From an uncultured delta proteobacterium (GTDB lineage: Bacteria; Myxococcota; Kuafuiibacteriia; Kuafuiibacteriales; Kuafuiibacteriaceae), in NCBI GenBank assembly GCA_963803435.1, contig CAWDML010000001.1, positions 2,528,001 to 2,592,000 on the forward strand: 64,000 bases of DNA, written 5' to 3'. A program made the position numbers and the translations under genes. This document shows, in pieces, positions 60,423 through 64,000 of the stretch. The notes under the pieces are model-generated. The model did not search any database. It had not been told where the DNA came from and saw only the letters and a list, made by a program, of their open reading frames with translations. How positions within the stretch are numbered: the stretch's first letter is position 1; every line of letters begins with the position of its first letter.

Positions 60423-63350
60423 TCAATCGCGGACGGTCAGATAGCCGCCCTGTGTGTTCGTGAACGGGGTACCGGCGGCGCGAACCAGCTCGTTGGGGAG
60501 GGTCCAAGTCTGGCCGGCCGGATTGATCAGCGTGATGCGATAGAGCCCGTTCGGCGGAATGATCGGCGTGCCCGGCGCGGCGGCGCGCACGGCCTGGGGC
60601 GGGAAGACGACCGTGGCCGTCGTCGCCGGTACCACGGCCTCGACCTGCAGCGGATCGTTCGCCGGGAAGCCGAGCGGCGCGAACTGTCCCGGGTTGATGA
60701 TGCCGGGGATACGGACGCCGTCGGGCGACAGCGCCAGGTGATCCGGATCCTCGGGATCGAGGAGCTCCGCGATCACGATGGGATAGACGTCCGGATTGCC
60801 GTCGCCGTTGATGTCGTCGCCGACGCCATCTCGATCGAGATCCACCCACTGGATGGGGAAGATGCCGTTCGTGGTGACGATGTCGGTGGTCTCGCGGAGC
60901 GCGTTGACGGAGACGCTGACCGGCCCCGCCGAGGGATCGAGGACCGGCAGAGGTGTCGGGATCCAGAACGAGGGGCGATCCGTCGGGAGCACCAGCGCAT
61001 CCACGATGCTGACCTCCTTGTTCGCCAGCGGTGCGCCGAGCGCGTTGACGTCGAGATCCTTCAGCGCCCCGGTCGCCAGATCGAGATAGCCGCCCCCGAC
61101 GTCGCCGCCGTCGGGTTGATTCATGGTGTCGAACCAGGGGACGAAGTCGTCGTTGCTGTCGAGGAAGGCGCGCACCTGATACGTCCCGGTCGCCAGCCCA
61201 CCCAGGGCGTAGGCGGCGACCCCGCCGCTGAACTGGGCCTTGGAGACGACCGCAGTGGCGACGGGACGGCCCGCGCCGAGCGGTGGCGGCGGGCGATCGC
61301 TCGCGAACGCGAACACCACCACCTGGTAGTCGCCCGCAGGCTCGGCGACCAAGAGGCGCACCGTCCCGGTGATCGCGCCGCCGGGCACGGGTGTGTCGTC
61401 GATCGTGACGATGGCGGACTGCGTCGGATCCTCGCGCGGGCCTCCCGCCCGGCCGAGCGCGAGATCGAGCGCATTCGGCACTGACCACGTCTGCCCGGAG
61501 GCGGACAGCACGTTGACGCGGTACCGGCCGGCCGGCGGCGGTGAGAGACGCTCGGTCCCGGCCAGCGCCACCGGCGGCAGGATGATCCGCAAATGATCGG
61601 CCGGCACGAACGGCGTGCCCCCGCCGAGCGCCGCCAGGTAGGGCAGCGGGTCGACGATGCCTGGGATGATCACGCCCGTGTCGGGCGCAATGCGCGCATC
61701 GCCCTCGCTCGCGATCTGGGTGAGGATCACGCGCGGATAGAGATCCGGCAGGTTGTCGCCCTCGAGGTCGGTGCCGGCCAGCGCCACCGGCACGCGCGCC
61801 GACTCGAGCGTGATCCCGAGGGCGTCGATCGCGTGGGCGTCCGTCTCGATGATCGCCGGGAACCCGGTCCGAGGGATCACCCCGGCGCTGTGTGAGAAGG
61901 CCGGCCGATCAAAGGGAAACGGCGAGGCCAGCTCGACGACGACACCGCCCGTGTCCCCACCCGAGACGGTCACCGGTGATGGCGCTCGACCGCCCACGTC
62001 GCCCGCGCTCGGCTGCGAGAAGAGATCGGCGAGCGGCGACAGATCGCCGTCGGCGTCGAGGATGCCGATCACCAGATAGACGCCGTCGGGCAGGCCACGG
62101 ATCGCGAAGCTGCCCTCGCGCTCGGCGCCGTTCATCGCCAGCGCGCCGCGCGGGACCGTCGTGAACCCGCGCGGGCGTCCGGAGCCGGCGGGCGGCGGGG
62201 GATCCGTCGCGTCGAACGCGATCACGTCGACGTCGCCCTGGGCATCGGCGGCGGTCCGCACGGTGCCGGAGATCGCGCCCGCCGGAAGCGCCGAGCCCTC
62301 GCTCATCGTCACGATCTGCGCCTGCGTCGGATCGGGCGGGTCGTCCGGCTGGAGCCGCGCGAGGTCGTTCGGCACCTGCCAGGTCTGCCCGGTGCCGGAG
62401 ATGACGATCGTCTCGTACTCGCCGGGCGGAATGGCGGGAAGCAGCGTGTCGGTCGCTCCGCGCTCGACCGCGACCGGCGGGATGATCAGCTCCAGCGTGG
62501 AGGTCGGTACGTACGGCGCGGTCGAGAGCGCGTCGAGGAACGGCAGCGGGTTGATGATGGCCGGGATCAGGATCGAGGTCTGGTCCGCCGTGCGCCCGCG
62601 CTGGCGCAGCACCACCCGGGGATAGACATCGGGCAGATGATCACCGTTCTGATCGTCGGGCACGCCGTCGCCGTTCTCGTCGACGTACGACACCAGGAAG
62701 CGGGTGCAGGCCGGCGACATATGGATGTCGGTGGTGTCGATGGCGTGCGCCTCGATCACCAGCGTCTCGGGCGCCGCGAAGGGTACCGTGAAGCCGGGCG
62801 TGCTGGTGATCGCGAACGCCGGTCGCTCGGCCGGGATCGGCAGCGCCAGCGTCACCGTCACCTGCGGCGTCACGCGATCCTGGGCGACCTCCACGGTCAG
62901 GATCTCGCGGGTGGTGGGATCGACGTGCGCGCCCCCCACGTCGCCGGCGGTCGGTTGCGCCAACAGATCGATGGTGGGCCTGAAGTCCTTGTCGGCGTCG
63001 AGGAACCCGCGCACGGTGTAGCGCCCGCTCGGCACCGTCGGGATCACGAAGGGCGCGGCGAATAGCCCGCCGCCTTGGCTCCCCTCGCGAAAGAGGCGGC
63101 TCTCCGGGACGACGATGAAGTTGACCGGGCTCCCGGTCCCCTCCGGCGGCGGCGGATCGTCCTCCCTGAAGAGCAGGATCACCGCGTTGCCACCGGCGGC
63201 CACCGGCGTGCACGCGTCACCGGTGGAGGCGCCCGACGACTGAAAGAGCACCGTCCCGGTGATGATGCCGGTGTGCGGCTCGTACTCGGTGACCGCGAGC
63301 TTCCCGCACGCCGCCGACAGCGCGATTGCTCCGAGCATCCAGGTGCGCAT
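60423..63350 (-). CDS. Lipoprotein with three tandem ~310-aa two-domain repeats, coupled to a TonB-dependent receptor
   Basis: LSAAC lipobox; three copies of G.I.GTV...PPP..G.G.P...G.Y.V...LD...QP..GDVGG and D.YP...IP.I..P...GQTW..PN. Confidence 0.8.
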   Translation of the reverse strand: MRTWMLGAIALSAACGKLAVTEYEPHTGIITGTVLFQSSGASTGDACTPVAAGGNAVILLFREDDPPPPEGTGSPVNFIVVPESRLFREGSQGGGLFAAPFVIPTVPSGRYTVRGFLDADKDFRPTIDLLAQPTAGDVGGAHVDPTTREILTVEVAQDRVTPQVTVTLALPIPAERPAFAITSTPGFTVPFAAPETLVIEAHAIDTTDIHMSPACTRFLVSYVDENGDGVPDDQNGDHLPDVYPRVVLRQRGRTADQTSILIPAIINPLPFLDALSTAPYVPTSTLELIIPPVAVERGATDTLLPAIPPGEYETIVISGTGQTWQVPNDLARLQPDDPPDPTQAQIVTMSEGSALPAGAISGTVRTAADAQGDVDVIAFDATDPPPPAGSGRPRGFTTVPRGALAMNGAEREGSFAIRGLPDGVYLVIGILDADGDLSPLADLFSQPSAGDVGGRAPSPVTVSGGDTGGVVVELASPFPFDRPAFSHSAGVIPRTGFPAIIETDAHAIDALGITLESARVPVALAGTDLEGDNLPDLYPRVILTQIASEGDARIAPDTGVIIPGIVDPLPYLAALGGGTPFVPADHLRIILPPVALAGTERLSPPPAGRYRVNVLSASGQTWSVPNALDLALGRAGGPREDPTQSAIVTIDDTPVPGGAITGTVRLLVAEPAGDYQVVVFAFASDRPPPPLGAGRPVATAVVSKAQFSGGVAAYALGGLATGTYQVRAFLDSNDDFVPWFDTMNQPDGGDVGGGYLDLATGALKDLDVNALGAPLANKEVSIVDALVLPTDRPSFWIPTPLPVLDPSAGPVSVSVNALRETTDIVTTNGIFPIQWVDLDRDGVGDDINGDGNPDVYPIVIAELLDPEDPDHLALSPDGVRIPGIINPGQFAPLGFPANDPLQVEAVVPATTATVVFPPQAVRAAAPGTPIIPPNGLYRITLINPAGQTWTLPNELVRAAGTPFTNTQGGYLTVRD

Positions 63351-64000
63351 CAGAACCTCCCCGTCACGCCGCCGAGCACGCGGGCCTCGACGCGGTTGGC
63401 GAACGGATGCTCGCGGTGGCGGTTGTTGCCGAAGTCGAGAAGGTTCGTGCCCGAGACCCCGAGCTCGATGTGGTCGTCGAACAGCCGATAGCCGATCCGC
63501 CCGATCATCACGACCGACGGCGACACGTGACAGTCCGTGTTGGGCGGGCAGGTGAGGAAGTTCGTCGGGTTCGAGGGATCGAAGGTCGGCTCGATCCAGT
63601 CCTGGTCGGAGACGAAGTGCGCGGACAGCGCGACGTCGAGCCCGAACGCCGTCCGCAGGATCCCCCAGCCGCTGATCTTGTGCATCGGCGAGTCCGTGAA
63701 GCGCTCGCCGGTGTCCTGATCGAAGATGTACTGGAACGCGTAGCTCACGCCCACGTCGAGGCCGTCGATCGGATAGACGCGCGCCGCGATCTCCGTCCCC
63801 ACCGCCAGGTACTTCCTCGACTCGTTGGTGTAGAACGACTTGGCGCCCACGAACGCGCCCAGGTCCTCCTGGAAGCCCTCCTCCGGCCCCGTCGGCACCA
63901 CCGGCCCCAGCGTGATGAGGTTCGAGATCCGGTTGAAGTAGGCGTCGACCTCGAAGTCGCCGAACTCCGGGCTCCAGCGGTAGCCCAGATCGACGGTCTC
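63350..64000 (-). CDS. TonB-dependent receptor, 3' part (runs off window)
   Basis: Alternating beta strands (DLGYR, GTEI, SYAFQ, RIGYRLF, GTNLLD), C-terminal Phe; TGATG coupling to the next gene. Confidence 0.85.
   Translation of the reverse strand, partial: ETVDLGYRWSPEFGDFEVDAYFNRISNLITLGPVVPTGPEEGFQEDLGAFVGAKSFYTNESRKYLAVGTEIAARVYPIDGLDVGVSYAFQYIFDQDTGERFTDSPMHKISGWGILRTAFGLDVALSAHFVSDQDWIEPTFDPSNPTNFLTCPPNTDCHVSPSVVMIGRIGYRLFDDHIELGVSGTNLLDFGNNRHREHPFANRVEARVLGGVTGRF

Overview
Very GC-rich chromosomal segment of a Myxococcota-like bacterium, judged from pomXYZ, MYXO-CTERM tails, an AgmX/PglI domain, a split Fo operon and Geobacter/Myxococcus-type pil gene order. Core content, mostly on the minus strand: a type IVa pilus cluster (ribF-aroE-pilB-pilT-pilC-pilS-pilR, three inserted genes, then the 5' end of pilA with a sigma54 promoter), ATP synthase Fo genes, rsmE, argG, the pomY-pomZ-pomX cell-division positioning locus, prmA and several peptidases. 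It also holds many uncharacterised surface or lipoproteins. pilB, pilT, pilC and argG carry many indels that look like assembly or polishing errors. Most unusual signals: (1) a ~2,490-aa lipoprotein of ~31 alpha-helical repeats, possibly in a sigma54 operon with two orphan genes; (2) three copies of an AT-rich palindrome (TTTGCAAG-N4-CTTGCAAA) written into synonymous codons of that gene; (3) tandem MITE-like elements with ~70-bp inverted ends, one carrying a truncated four-helix-bundle (Avd/IVS-like) gene; (4) a candidate sigma54-driven, GGA-rich sRNA downstream of atpE; (5) a subtilase and an AdoHcyase-like protein with altered catalytic motifs; (6) a short PomY. No rRNA, tRNA, CRISPR array, transposase or reverse transcriptase was seen. 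All assignments come from motif recognition by eye; no database search was run.
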